Assembly: GCA_043228905.1 (NCBI GenBank)
Contig: JBHGNT010000008.1
Coordinates: 12,648,001 to 12,712,000, forward strand
Length of the DNA: 64,000 nucleotides
Source: Azolla caroliniana
Taxonomy: Eukaryota; Plantae; Polypodiophyta
Direction: 5' to 3'
The notes under the pieces: model-generated
What the model saw: the letters and a program-made list of their open reading frames with translations, nothing else
Databases searched by the model: none
Told to the model about the DNA's origin: nothing
Position numbers and translations under genes: made by a program
Shown here: piece after piece, positions 24,063 through 38,600 of the stretch
Layout of the letters: every line of letters starts with the position of its first letter
Numbering within the stretch: the stretch's first letter is position 1

Positions 24063-24877
24063 CTATTTCTTCTCTGTCTCAGTACACTATGTAAGTAATT
24101 TGCTTGTTTGTGAAATGGAATTAGCTAACTTTAAAGAAAAATTAAGTGCACGAGAGCAAGATTGGTAATGTTGACTTCTCTTGTATTTAAGACAGAAATG
24201 AGCGGAAGGCCAATTGGAATTGCCAAATACAAAACTTTGTGTTTAGGGAGGGGGTGGGCCATTTTGGAGTGTGCGAGTTAGAACTTGCACATTGTATTGT
24301 ACTTGTTATCGTGAGTAGTGAAAAGTTCTACTACATTGTGCATCAATTGTATATTGGTTTCCATCTTTCAATGTCATTTATATATTTGTTGCAATGCTAT
24401 TCTTGCTTACAATGCTTTTGTAGGTCTTCAATGATTAGGACCAACAATATTGGGTTGTCCTAACACGCACAAAGGATATCAAAGCCATGTTCATCTTCAT
24501 CGAAATGAGGAGAGATGACCTACTGATTACCTTACAACAAGGTTAGTTATCAAGTGGAATAAGAGAAATAATCAAATTTGTCACATCTTGATCACTAGAG
24601 AAAAAGGAGCACTATCTATGAGTATTTTCAAAACAAAATATACTTCCATTAATTTTAAAAAGGGCATATAAGCTACAACATACAAAATAGATGGAAAGGA
24701 AGCAACTATCCTTCCCAAGCCCGTCTTGTGTAAGACAATGGCTAGCCATGAAACGTTCATTTAAATGAGCTAAGGAAAGCAACCAACAAACGGGGAGAAA
24801 ACTTCCAAATTATCCTGCAATCTGTTAATCGAAAGATTGGAATGCAGTTTCAAAGCTTCCGAAAAGTTATGAACACT

Positions 24878-25106
24878 TTATTCTATAAAGACCAAAGTGT
24901 TACCGACAAGACGTTCTATATCAAGACCTTTTATCATTACTTCACTATGTATTTGTTGGCATTTTGCCACCATACTTGAGAACCCACATGCTTTTAAGAT
25001 ACAAACAATAGTTATAGAATTTGGAGATGTACCTTTTTCTTGCATTTGATCAAAACATTGAATGACCAAAACTAGACATCTTTACTTGTTCAAATGATCC
25101 ATGCAC
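24878..25106 (-). pseudogene. PLS-class PPR gene fragment
   Basis: CFDQMQEKGTSPNSITIVCILKACG...QIHSEV...GL...VGNTLV is a P/L/S motif junction pattern; isolated and frameshifted. Confidence 0.75.
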
Positions 25107-25399
25107 GAGAGCAACCGTCCATCTATTCGATTCGGTCGACGAAATAGAGGTCGATTCGGCTGAGGGTGACAGAGTGAGCCGATCCGAGAATGCAACTCCT
25201 TCCAATGGCAAGATGATAGGAGCAATCCTAGAGAGTTCGGCAAAAGGGTGAGCCATCCTACCGGACCAAGCCATCGCAATAACTCGATCGGATGCGGGTA
25301 TTGTGGAAAACTCGGCCACTACAAAGAGGAGTGTTGAAAGAAGCAACGAGAATTGGTTTTGACTAGTCGAGAACTCTCTAATTGTGCTTCGAATTCCGA

Positions 25400-28300
25400 C
25401 TACGACGATAGTGGTGGAATGTTCATGATGAGGTACAAAGCAAATTTAATGTAGACACAAGGTGAGACAAGAACCTCTCCCTTGGATAATGTATGGTTTG
25501 TCAATATGGGATCATCCAATCATATGACGGCCCACGAAGATTGGTTCTGAGAATTACAAAAGCCCGATCGGTCCAGCTATGTTGGAATCGGAGATAACAC
25601 AACTCACTCAATTCGGCATATCGAAAATGTCCCATTCGGGAACTATGGCAAACAAACCTACCTCAAAAACGACCTACATGTCCCAAACATCACGAAAAAT
25701 CTGGTCTCGGTCGACCAAATAATAGAACAAGGCATGCAAGTGCGGTTCAATAATGAAGGGTGCTTCATTGAAAAAGATGACCAAATCATAGTGCACGGTC
25801 GTCGAAAAGGTCGAATGGTCATCCTAGAGTCGAGTCAGGTGAAGTTTGCCATGTTCGCAAACAACATCAAAGTCGAAACCGACTTGAAACTGTGGCACAA
25901 GCCAATCAGCCACATTAATCTCCAAAAGCTTAAAAGGATGTCGTTGAAAGGAGTTGTAATCGGACTTCCGACATTGACCGAGAAGGAGATTACGGGTGTA
26001 TGTGAAGCCTGCTAATTCGGCAAACAACACTGACAACCATTCCCAAAAGAAGGGAATGTGAGCAAAGGGATCTTGGATGTTGTGCATTCAGATGTATGGG
26101 AATCAGCACTGACAACCACATTCGGAGGATGCCGATACTATGTCACATTTATCGACGACTTCTTGAGGCATGTCTGGATCTATCTGATGCGGTGGAAGAG
26201 TGAAGTTCAGACACTTCCAAAGGTTTAAAAACGAAGTCGAAAAAGCCACAAGTCGGCATGTTCGATTCCTTCGATTGGATGGAGGCAAGGAGTATTTCTC
26301 GGACGATTTTACAACGTACCTCATGCCGACACACACCTCCGCAAAACGGAGTAGCCAAACGAAAGAATTGGCACATAATAGAGGTAGCAAGGGCCATGAT
26401 GAACGAGAATAGCCTGCCAAAATCGTACTGGGTAGAAACACCTAAGACAATTGTCTATCTCATGAACAGATGTACAACCTTAGGGGTACATGACATAACC
26501 CCTCATGAGAAATTCTTCGGAAAGAAGTCGAAGGATCTATCACATATCCGGATATTCAGCTCAATCACATACATGCATATTCCCGACGAGAAGCGACAAA
26601 AGCTCAACCCAAAGTTGGAGAAATGTATCCTCGTAGGGTACTCACTCGAACAAAAGGGGTACAAATATTACAATCCTTCTACCCAAAAAGTTCAAGTAAG
26701 TCGAGACGTCATTTTCGACGAGTCAGCATCCTAGTACGACCCAAAGACGACTCCGATTTCGGCTCCAGTTGACCCGGAATCAGCCGAAATGAGAGATAGA
26801 ATATGAATTTTGACTCAGACACATATTCAAAGAAAGTCCGATTACGACAAGGCTTAGTGGAGCACAGGAGCCCGTGAGTGACCAAAGGACATCTTGGCCG
26901 AGTTCGAAACTCAACAAAGGGAAGGCCAAGATGTCGGAATACGAAGATCCAATCGACAACGAGTCAACTCACAGTGAGTTCGAAGGCCTGGACATCCCAA
27001 TCATCCAGACGAATGGAGCGAAGAAAGCCTTAGACTCCGCAAACGAGAAGCTTTGCCTTAGATGAGTATATGGCATACCACTATGCCTTTATGATGAAGG
27101 TGGCGGCTGTCTAAGAACCGGAAACCTTTCCCAAGGCGGCCAAGGATCCGCGATGGATTGAAGACATGAATGAAGAAATGTAGGCTTTAAGCAAAAACAA
27201 GACATGGGATCTCGTTCCCCATTCTGCACACAAGAAACCAATCGGCTGTAGATGGATCTATAAGGTAAAATATAACGTTGACGGCTCAGTAAATCGCTAC
27301 AAGGCACGAATCGTAGCTAAGGGATACACTCAAACACACAGAGTCGATTACGAGGAAACCTTTGCCCCGCTGGCAAAGATGATGACTATTCGGACAATCA
27401 TTGCTCTCGTGGCTGCAAAAGGGTGGCACCTCCTTCAGATGGACGTAAAGAACTCCTTCCTACAAGGAAAATTAAATGAGGAGGACTTCATGATTCAACT
27501 ATCCGGTTTGGAATCAAGCAAACACCCGAAAGCAGTCTGCCGTCTACGGAAGCCTTTGTATGGCCTCAAGCAAGCACCGCGTGCTTGGCATTCGAAGATA
27601 ACCCAGTATCTTCACCAAATCAGCTTCCAAATGTTGAAATTAGAAAATTCCCTATACATCCGAAACGATTCGAACAATTCGATTGTCATCATCCTGTATG
27701 TGGATGATCTGGTCATCGGAGGAAAGGATCTCGCCGAGATTAATAAGGTCAAATTACTCCTCTTCAGTAGATTTGAAATGAAAGATATGCACGAGCTCCA
27801 TTACTTCCTCAATATCGAAGTAATTCGGACACTAGTCGGGATATTGATCTCTCAACGACACTACATTCTTAACTTACTCTACAAGTTTGAGATGATTGAG
27901 TGCAAAATTGTGTCTACCCCTCTCGATTGAAATCTCAAACTCGACGTTGATTCAAGAACAGAAGAGTGCAAGGAAACTCAGTATTGACCATTGATCGATA
28001 GCCTAATCTAACCATCACCCGACCCGACCTGAGCTACTCGATCGGCCTACTTAGCCAATTCATACAGAATCCTTGCAATGAACATCTCGATTGCACTAAG
28101 AGGGTACTTCGGTATGTCTATGGGACAATGGATTTCGGCATCCTATACAAGTCGGATACGATCATCTAGCTCGAAGGGTACACAGATGCGGATTGGGCTG
28201 GCTTTAAGACCGATCGATGATCGACCTCCAGATTTGTCTTCTCCCTCGGCAGCAGAGCGATCTCCTAAAGTAGTAAGAAGCAGTTGATAGTTGCATTGTC

Positions 28301-28870
28301 GAGCACGGAGGCCGAATACAAGGGCGCGACGGTCAACGCATGCGAAGCTGTTTCACTCAAATGCATTTTAAAGGATCTGATTCTCCTATATTGTGACAAT
28401 ATGACCAATATCCACCTAGTTTGTAACCTCGTGTTCCAAGCACAGACTAAACATATCGAAGTGCACTACCACTTCATTTGGGAACACGTTCAAGCTAGAG
28501 ATGTCAACTTACAACACATTAGCAGGAACCTTGAGGTGGCCGACATCTTCACAAAAGCACTGGGTATTGACATCTAGAAGTTGTGTTTGAAGGGACGTGT
28601 TGAGAATCGAACTCAACTTCCCATAGAGACAACGTTCACACTAGCCAGTGGACATCATACTAGGCTAGATTTGTAATTAGTAGAAAAGGCACTTGCCCTA
28701 GATCAGTTGGTATTTAAATCAACCTTTTGTAACTTAGTCACTGTTGGATGTAATTCTATTTCTACTAATATAGCTTCTTGTTCAAGCTCTCACTCTCTCT
28801 CTGTCTTGCCTTACGTGTACTCACACACACACAAAGTTCACTTCCGTTGCATAGCACCAACTCCGCCTCA
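25400..28870 (+). mobile_element. Degenerate Ty1/copia element (5' part lost); 3' LTR starts at 28598
   Basis: Protease, LWHK..CEAC, PPQNGVAKRKN, QMDVKN, LYVDDL and KHIEVHYHF fragments; PPT-like GAAGGGACG then TGTTGAG. Outer boundaries approximate. Confidence 0.85.
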
Positions 28871-31800
28871 CCTTCTTTACAAGTTTGAACAAAATATTTG
28901 CAATCTTCTCTAAGGGAAGGAGCCTAGGCCTACGAGGACCAAGGGAGCGTTCAAGGAGGAGGAACTTCATGAAGAAAGCTCCGAGGAAGATCTACCATGG
29001 GAGTACGATAGGACGAGGAGGTTCGAAGTACTAAAAGATGCAATGGTGTGTACGAAATACAAGACCGTGGAAAAGAAGGTGAAACTGTCTGTGGGACCAT
29101 TACCCGCCAATAGTGAACAAAAGAGGAAAGAAGTTTCGGGAGGTCCGACATTTCGAAAGTCCACGGATGTTGGACATACCTTCACGAATGAGACCTGGAA
29201 GAAACTCTGGATCGGCACAGATGGGTTCCTCTTACCAAATGAAGAAGAATGATTTCGTGAGATGTTGGAGCAGCATGGAAAAACATTTGCATTCACATCA
29301 AAAGAGATAGGGTGCGTCGATTCGAAGATAGTGGAGCCAATGGTGATCTTCACAATTGAACATGGGTTGTGGAACCTGAAGGCAATTCCGGTGCCACAAG
29401 CGCATATTCCGAAAATCATTGACTTTCTCATGGAGAAGGTGGTGATGGGTATTCTAGAGCCATCAAATGCTCCATACTCAAATCGATGGTTTACGGTTCC
29501 GAAGAAGAATGGGTCACTTTGGTTCATTCAAGATTTGCAACCGGTGAACAAGGTCGCGATACGGAACTACGGAGTCAGTCTGATAGTGGATGAATTTGCG
29601 GAAGCATTTGCTAGACACGCGATATAATCCATCAGTGACCTATCCAACTAGTCATGGAGAGCCAAGATATCACTACAATGCGGACACCGATAGGATTAGT
29701 TCCGGTATGCTACCACAAGGAACGACGAACTCAGTCGCACATATGATGAATGTGATGAACAAGGTGCTCCGAGATCGCATTCTGGAGATAACAATGCCGT
29801 TCTAGATGATATTCCGATGAAAAGATGTGGTGTGGAAGAAAATAATGAAACTAAGGATGATCAGGGATGCCGAAAGTTCGTAGTAAATCATATTCGCAAC
29901 TATGAGAAAGTGCTACAGATGTTAGAAGATGTGCACTTAACACTCTCCGGAGAGAAATCGGCATGCAAACAAGAAGAGATACTCGTATTCGGACATCTAT
30001 GTGGGCCCTACAACCGAAGACCGTCATCAGTCAAGATCGATGTGATTCAAGCCATGAAAGAAATATGCAAGTCGCAATCAGAAGTTCATAGGTTTCTTGC
30101 ATGTGCATTTTATCACATATGGATTCTGCAATATGCACACATTGCGGACCCACTCTATCACTTACTACAGAAGGGTAAGAAGTTCAAATGGAGACCGGAA
30201 CATACCAAAGCCATGAAGAAGCTCAAGAAAACACTACAGAGGGCAAAAGCACTTAAGAAGCCGAACTATGACCGACAAATCATAGTAACGGTTGATACAA
30301 GTCCAACCGGGATCGGATGGGTCATCAACCAAGTCGACTCGGATGGTTCACAATACTCGATTGGATTCGGTGCAAAGGTTCTCAACAAAAGACAATGCGA
30401 ATATGCACAAGTTAAAAAAGAATTATGGGGAGTCGTGTCGGCAATAAATTTGGATCAGGATTATTTGATCGACGCCAAAGTAGTGATCGAAACGGATTGT
30501 CTTCCGATACTCAGGATGATGGGATGTTGCACGGAACTAGATGTGGCTATGCTAAGATGGATTGCATATGTAAAGTCTATTTATTCGGAGGTTCGACACA
30601 TCTCAGGAAAAGACAATGCGGTAGTGGATATGTTATCAAGGGCCCATTTTGAAGATGACATAGTCGAATCGGATAATTGTTGAGATACAAGCTCAACATT
30701 GGGTGCGTAAACCAGTGCGTAGATTGGGTGCTTCAACTGGATGCGCAACAAGAGGCCATAGCAGTGCGTAAACCGGGAGGCCGTTGGACAGATATTCCGC
30801 AAAGGAATATATTTTGGGAGTTAGTGTAGAGGCTTATTGATGAGAATTGAAGTACACGTGAGTACTTCTGTCAGTCCGTATGGACTTGTATAAAAGTGCT
30901 CTTTGGGCACATCCTATGTACAGAGTTTTAAAGTATTGTTTTGGAATTGAGTTTTCTGTGTTCTGCTCTCTCTGTCTCTCCCACACATGCTATGTTGATT
31001 AAGCTTTCCATTAAACCTTCATCATCTTTTTTGTCTTTTTCTGTTGTTACCCAGTTGTGTCTGTTTAGCTTCCACACGTATTCTTTTACATGGTATCAGA
31101 GCGTGAGGGTTGAGATCCTCTGCTATCGACAAACAGACAAACCCTAATCACGGTGAAAGAACAGAAGCAAAAAAGAATAGACAGAGGAATGGCTAGCTCC
31201 CTTCCGACGGAGAAGCTCGATAGAAGCAACTACGCATCTTGGTCGTGCAAGATGCACCAGTACTTGTTCGGGCATGGCTACTAGAGTTATGTCGATGGAG
31301 CTAATGACACAGCACACGAATCAACACACAGAGATTTCCTGGCCTGGGAACAAGTGGCAAGTAGAGTTCTCTACTGCTTCGCATCCTGTGTGAACAATCA
31401 GCTTCTGAGCTACATTCGAGATGTGAAGACGCTGAAGGATGCTTGGGGAAATCTGAAAAAGATTTTAGCCGCGAGCACCACATCCAGAAAGCTCCAACTC
31501 AGGCAAGAGTTGAGCAATGTTCGACAACAAGATATGTCAGTGGTTGACTACACCTCCAAGATCAAGGATATCTATGACTTTTTCGCCTCCGTTGATGTAA
31601 ACATCGAGGAGGTCGAAATGGTGCAGGTCTGCCTTAGAGGGTTAGCATTGAAGTTCGGAGCTTTCCAAACTGCGGTCTATACGAGGGAGAACACGCCCTT
31701 GTTTTTCGACTTACAGTCGATGCTCCTAGTAGAGGAGAACAACATGTGTGCGTCAACGAGTATGCACGCCGACAACAAGATGTTGTACACGGAGGAAGAT

Positions 31801-32674
31801 AGACCCCGTGGTCGTGGTAGATGAGGCTAGTTGGCGTGCAATGGAGGTGATTGACAAGAGCAAGATGGAAGGCATGGTTGTAATGCCAACATTAGTTTCG
31901 GACCCTCTGAAAGCAGGGGGAGTCGAGGCTGCACCAGAAACCGGCAAGGAAAACCCGCTGCGAAATGTTGGGATTGTGGCAAGAAAGGCCACAGGGAGAG
32001 CGAGTGCTGGAAGAAAAGCCCTGAGTCGGAGAAATTTGCATCCGGATCCGGGCGAACCGAACAAGGAAATGCGCAGCGATTGCACTAGGCCGAGGGCTCC
32101 GAACGAGTCGAAAATGGATCGGGCCTAACCTTCGTTATGAAGCACAAGGCCAACTCAATGGCTGTGAACACCTCGAAACCGAACGAGGTTTGGTATGTTG
32201 ATTCCGGAGTGTCAAATCATATGACGAGTCACGAGGAATGGTTCTCGTAATTGGAGAAACCGGAAAAACAAGGAGTGGTCGAAATTGGAGACGACACTCC
32301 ACATACCATTGAACATGTCGGAGAAGTTCCCCTCAGCTACGTTGGGCAGAAAGGGAAACTCATGAATGTGCTACACATCTTGACAATAACCAAGAACCTA
32401 GTGTCGGTCGGACAAATCATTGACTAGGGGATACAAATTCGATTCACGCATCTCGGTTGCTACATCGAAGAAGAGGGCAAAGTCATTGCGCAAGGGCATC
32501 AAGAAGGGAGGATGTTCATCCTCAACACCAATGAGGTCGAAACCGCATTGTTTGCAAAAGGAAAGAAGGTTGAGTCGGACATCGACCTATGGCACAAGTG
32601 GTTCAGCCATGTTAACTTCCCGCGGCTAGGTGAAATGTAGATGAAGAACATTGTTTTTGGATGACCGAAATTTA

Positions 32675-35600
32675 TGATAGGAACTGCACGCTCCCTATGC
32701 GCAATGCTCGGCCACAACCGAACTTAGAATCAAACACAGAAAAAACGGGGAATGAATACATGACACAAAGGAGAGAAGAGTACACAGGATGTTTACGTGG
32801 AAAACCCAAACTAGGGGGAAAACCACGGCAGCCCACAGACTGCGAACTATCACTATATCACAATGATTACAACAGTGAGCTCACGGAGGCAACGACCTCG
32901 TGGTCACGATCTTCGCCACAGGCAGCAGTTACAACAGAGGCAACGACCTCTTCCTCTCTATTCCTCTCTCTCTCTGTACACTGTTACGCGCTCTTTGATC
33001 TTGCGCCAACAAGAATGACAACAACTCTCTCTCATAAAGTTTGCCCTAAGTCATAGTTATACTAATATGACTTTTTGGCTATTTACAAATATAGCCTCGA
33101 TGGACTCTCAGAAACATATTTATCCGGTGAGCACTCTTCACCGGGCCTGCATCATCCGGCGCTTGCCGGGTACTCGTCATCTGGTTCTCATCGGGTCATC
33201 CGTAGCCGGGTACTCGTCATCCGGTTCTCACCGGGTCATCCGTAGCCAAGTACTCCTCATCCAGATCTCACCGAGTCTTCATCATCCGGTTCTCACCAGG
33301 TCATCCGTAGCCGGGTACTCCTCATTCGGAGGGAGCTGTTTCCTAACAAACTCCCCCTTCACTACGGCATGGGGTGTCTTACTAGTCCGACCCGCTTCCG
33401 ACATGCATCCAGCTTGTCAGGTGTCAGTACTTTGGTCAGCATATCTGACCCGTTCTAGGCCGTGTGGATCTTCGTCAGTGCGAACTCCTGGTCATCTACT
33501 CTTTCCCAGATCCAATGATACCTACGCTGGATATGCTTTGTCTGGGAATGGTAGGCCGCATTCTTAGCAAGGTGGATGGCACTTTGACTGTCGCAATAGA
33601 GCTGATATTCATCTTGCCGGATACCGAGCTCTCCGATGAAGTCCTTCATCCATAATATTTCCTTGCCGGCTTCCACAGCCGCCATGTACTCCGCCTCCGT
33701 GGTTGACTGCCACGAAACAGCTCCCCCTGCATATGTCATTACATACCCGGATGTAGACCGGTTGGTATCCACATCAGCCGACATGTCTGAATTGGTAAAA
33801 CCGTCAAGTTGAGGTTTACCGGAGCCGAATTGGAGACACATATTTGAAGTGCCCTTCAGGTACCAGAGTATCCACTTGACCGCGTTCTAGTGCTCCTTGC
33901 CGGGATTGCTCATGAACCGGCTTACCACTCCGACTGCGTATCCAATATCTGGTCGAGTACACACCATTGCGTACATTAAGCTCCTGACAGCAGGGGCATA
34001 TGGAACCTTCATCATATCCACCTTCTCTTCATCAGATGGATAACCTGCAATTTGCCGGAAGTGTCGATCCGACTGGTTTCGCATCTGACAAGTTGAACCG
34101 CTGAAGCACCTTTGTCACGTACTTCTTGTAGAAAGTAACGTGCGGAAGCAAGTATGAAGACCGAACAGAAGTAAGGAAACTCAGGTTCAATGGAGAGCTT
34201 GAGTTTACACGGTATACGCGGGAGAGACAGGGAGAGTGAGAGAGAAGACACAAAAACTATGTTCAACAATAATACTCAGTCTGTACATAGGACGTGCTCA
34301 GTGAACACTTTTATACAAGTCCTAGAAGGACTGAACGAAATACTGATAGTACTTCAATGCTCATCAAGAGCTCCTACACTAACTCCCAAATATATTCCTC
34401 ACGGAATATCTTTCCTAACGACCTCCCGGTTTACGCACTCGGCCTAACCGATCGGTCCCAACCGATCCGGCCGATGTTGAGCTTGTCTCTCAACACTCCC
34501 CCTCAAGCTCAACTTGAGGCTCTTCGGGATCTTCACAACACCGGTTCCTCCTGGCTTCTCGCCTCGCTCGCGCTCCTCGGCCTGTTCGACTCCGTGCGCT
34601 TCGACCCTTCCGGTCGGCTTGTTTGCTCATGCGGCCCTTATCAGCTCTTCTGTTGTTGCGGTGTTGACACTTCTCCTGCTGCCTTTTCTGCCGCTTGGGC
34701 CTCGGTTGATTCAACGTATCTGAATCAAACATCTGAACCGACTCGGCTACCTTCGATCGGTCTTCGCTCTCGTTCGAGTTGGTTGTCTCCAACTCGTCTT
34801 CGGTCTTCTCGCCCTCGCTGGCGTCATCTTCCCAATGCGTGGTTGGCTTCGGCTCTCCTTCGGTTGCTCCCCTTCTGTCCGCTTCTGAACTTTTCCGCGG
34901 GTCCGCCCTCAGCTTCTTCAGTCGATCCGAAGTCGAACTCGACAATCGACTTGGTGTCGCGGTCTCCGCTCCTTTCCTGCTGCTTTGCTTGGTCGTTCGG
35001 AACTGTTCTCCCCCTCAAGTTTGGCACGTCGAAGTGACGCAATCCGAGTGCACCGGAGAATTGCCGCAACTTGTCTAGACCAAGAGGCTTGGTGAAGATG
35101 TCGGCAATCTGCCGATCCGTCGGAACGTACTGAAGTTCGACTTCACCGGAAAGGACACGCTCACGGACGAAATGGTAGTGCACCTCAATGTGCTTGGTCT
35201 GTGCGTGGAAGACGGGGTTCTTCACGAGTTGGATGCTGCTGAGGTTGTTGCAGTAGATCGTCGTTGGATCGGTCACCTCCTCTTGTAGGTCCTTAAGTAG
35301 CCGCTTCAACCATATGGCTTCGCATGTCGCGACAGCCGCTCCTCGGTACTCGGCTTCAGTGCTCGACAGTGCAACTGTTGACTGCTTCTTACTGCTCCAC
35401 GCGATCGCGGCACTCCCGAGGGAGAACGCGTATCCAGACGTGGATCGGCGATCGGCGGCGTTGCCAGCCCAATCAACATTAGTGTAGCCGACTAATTGCG
35501 CGGCTGCACCGGTCCGATATAGCAGTCCGCGGTCCTTAGTGCCGCTTACGTACCGAAGTACGCGTTGCGCACACTGAAGGTGCTCCTCGGTAGGTCGCGC

Positions 35601-38600
35601 CATGAACTGACTGATCACCCCGACCGGATAACTGAGGTCGGGTCGGGTGATGGTCAAATATGAGGCTTCTGACAATTTGTTGGAACCTCGTCGGGTCGCA
35701 TACCTTTCCCGTATCAGGACTTCTTTAGTCGGCATACTGCCGAGGAGTTCGTTCCGGAGTGAAATCCGGGGGGTTGTACCATGTACACTTGTTCCTCAAG
35801 GTCACCTTGCAAGAACGCATTCTTTACATCCATCTGATGTAAGTGCCACGCCTTGGCCGCGGCTACTGCGAGCAAAACACGGACGGTCGTCATTTTCGCG
35901 ACCGATGCAAACGTCTCATCGTAGTCGATTCCGTGTTTCTGCGCATAGCCCTTTGCCACTAGCCGAGCCTTGTACCAGTTGATCGAGCCATCGGTGTTGT
36001 ACTTGACCTTGTACACCCACCTACACCTGATTGGTTTTACCCCCTTCGGTGCGTCAACCAGGTCCCAGGTCTTGTTCTCCGCCAATACGTGCATCTCTTC
36101 CTCCATCACGGCACGCCAATTCGCGTCTTTAACCACTTCTGCGTAGCTCTCCGGCTCACGCAGTTCCGCTACACGGGTCATGTACGCATAATGATGCGCC
36201 ATGTACTCGTATCCGAACCGCAAAACAGGATTGTTCTGGTGGGTAGATCAGCGTAATCTCACATTAGCTGATGTCAAGGCCTTCTCGATCGACGCGGTCT
36301 TCACCTTTAAAGACCCGTCACCGGTTCCCTCGGAGTCGGACTCGCGTCGGTCTGACTCGTTCGTATCCGTGCCGGAATCCGACACCTTCTTCTTCCCTTT
36401 CTCTTTGCGCGTAAGCCGTCTCCTCGGCTTCCTGCGCGGGGAATGCACGACCGAGTCTCCACTACTCGCTGGCTCTTCATCGGACTGGTCGTAACGACTC
36501 AGTCGTCCAATCGGTCCACTTAACCAGAGTGAAATCAGACTCTCTTCTCGATTTCGGGCTCATCCGGAGGCATCTCGGTCTCTCTGACCTCATCGTCAGA
36601 GCTCGGATTGAGGGCAGGGTTCGGAGTCGGGGGCAGGTACCAGGACGCGGACTCGTCAAACACAACGTCGCGGCTGACACGCGCTTGTTTGGTGCGAGGG
36701 TTATAGCACTTATAACCCTTCTACTCGTCCGAGTATCCGACCAAGATGCACTTCTTGGCCTTTGCGTCCAGCTTCCTCCTTTTCTCCTTCGGTACATGCA
36801 CATACGCAATGCTACCGAACACCCTCAAGTGTCACAAGTTCGGCTTCGTTCCGAGATATAGCTCGTGCGCCGACACTTTGTCTCCGATCCGGTTTTGGAT
36901 GTATACCGCGGTCCTTACCGCCTCGGCCCAGTAGAACTTGGGCAAGCTCTTCTCCTCCAGCATTGCCCGTGCCGCTTCCACAACTGACCGATTCTTTCTC
37001 TCGGCCACACCGTTCTGCTCCGGCATTCATCTACAACTGAATTCGCGCCGAATTCCCATTTGTTGTAGATAACCATTGAATTGACCGGAGAAGTACTCTT
37101 TCCCGCCATCCGACCGCAGGCACCTGATCTTTCGTCCCGTTTCCGTTTCCACGAACCCTTTGAGGTCCCGGAAACCGTTGAAGACGTCACTCTTCCTCTC
37201 AATGAGGTAGATCCACATATGCCGTGTGTGGTCGTCGATGAAGGAGACGAAATATCGGCTCCCGCCAAGACTAACGTTTTGTGTCGGCCCCCATACATCG
37301 GAGTGTATAAGGTCGAGCTTATTCTGGCTCTGGTTTTGCTTGTTTGGGAAAGGAAGTCGGTGTTGCTTCCCGAGCTGGCAGGCTTCACAAATTTGTGCCT
37401 TTCGGCCACTAAATTTGGGCCATCCGAATAGTACCTGTTTCGTTTGCAGATCTTGAAGCCGCTGGTAGTTGACGTGGCATATCCGCTTATGCCACAAGTC
37501 GATGTCCGACTTGGTTTTTCTTCCCTTTGCGAACATTGCGGTGCCGCCGTCAGTGGAGTCGAGGATGAACATCCTCCCGTCTCTGTGCTCTTGCGCAATC
37601 ACACGACGGCCTTCTTCCTCAATGAAGCACCCGAGGTGTGTAAATCGAACCTCCATCCCTTGGTCGACGATCTGTCCGACCGAGACCAAGTTTTTCGTGA
37701 TTGTCGAGACGTGCAACACGTTCATGAGTTTCCCTTTCTGCCCAACATGGCTAAGGGGAACTTCTCCGACATTCGCGATCGGATGGGGAGTGTCATCTCC
37801 AGTTGCGACTACTCCAGGTTGTATCGGTTTTTCAAGGTACGAGAACCACTCCTTATGGCTCGTCATGTGGTTTGACGCGCCGGAGTCTACGTACCACACC
37901 TTGTACGATCTCAGGGTGGTCCGTTTCATTGAGTTTGCTTCATGTCTTGTCATGAAGACAGACCCTTCTCCGGCTCTCCCGGAATCTTCGGCGTAGTGCG
38001 ATCACTGCCGATTTCCCTTGTCGGTATGTCTGGAGCCGTTCCCGGAACCAGTTCTCTCCGAATCGACGCGCTTCTTCTAGCACTCACTTTCCTTGTGGCC
38101 TTTCTTGCCGTAGTACCAGCACTCCGCGATGGACTTCCCTTGCCGGTTCTCATCGCTTCCACTCCCCCTGTTTGCGAAGGGTCCGGGGTTGTTGTCGGCA
38201 TCACTTCGGTGCCTTCTTCCCTGATCTCGTCAGCCGCCTCCATTGCGCGCCGACTCGCCTCGTCCTCCACGTCCACGGGGCCTATCTCCCTCCGTGTACA
38301 ACATTCTGCTGTCGGTGTGCGTGCTTGTAGACGCACCCGCGTGGTTCTCCTGTACCAGGAGCATTGAGTGTAAGTCAAAGAAGGACGACGTATTCTCCCA
38401 GGTACACACAGCCGTTCGGAACACTCCGAACTTCGACGCCAAACCTCCGAGACAGATCTGGACCATCTCGCTCTCCTCGATGTTCACCTCTATGGAGGCG
38501 AGGGAGTTGCAGATATCCTTGATCTTCGAGGTATAGTCCGCCACCGACAAGTCGCGTTGTCGTAGGTTTCTCAACTCCTGTCGGAGCTGAAGCTTCCTGG

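Noticed and set aside
34294-35037. Recurring antisense ORF MLSEHFYTSPRR... (also at 39147, 57752 and 62998)
   Set aside because: Starts at GTG, varies in length, and recurs only because it lies in LTR copies of one family.
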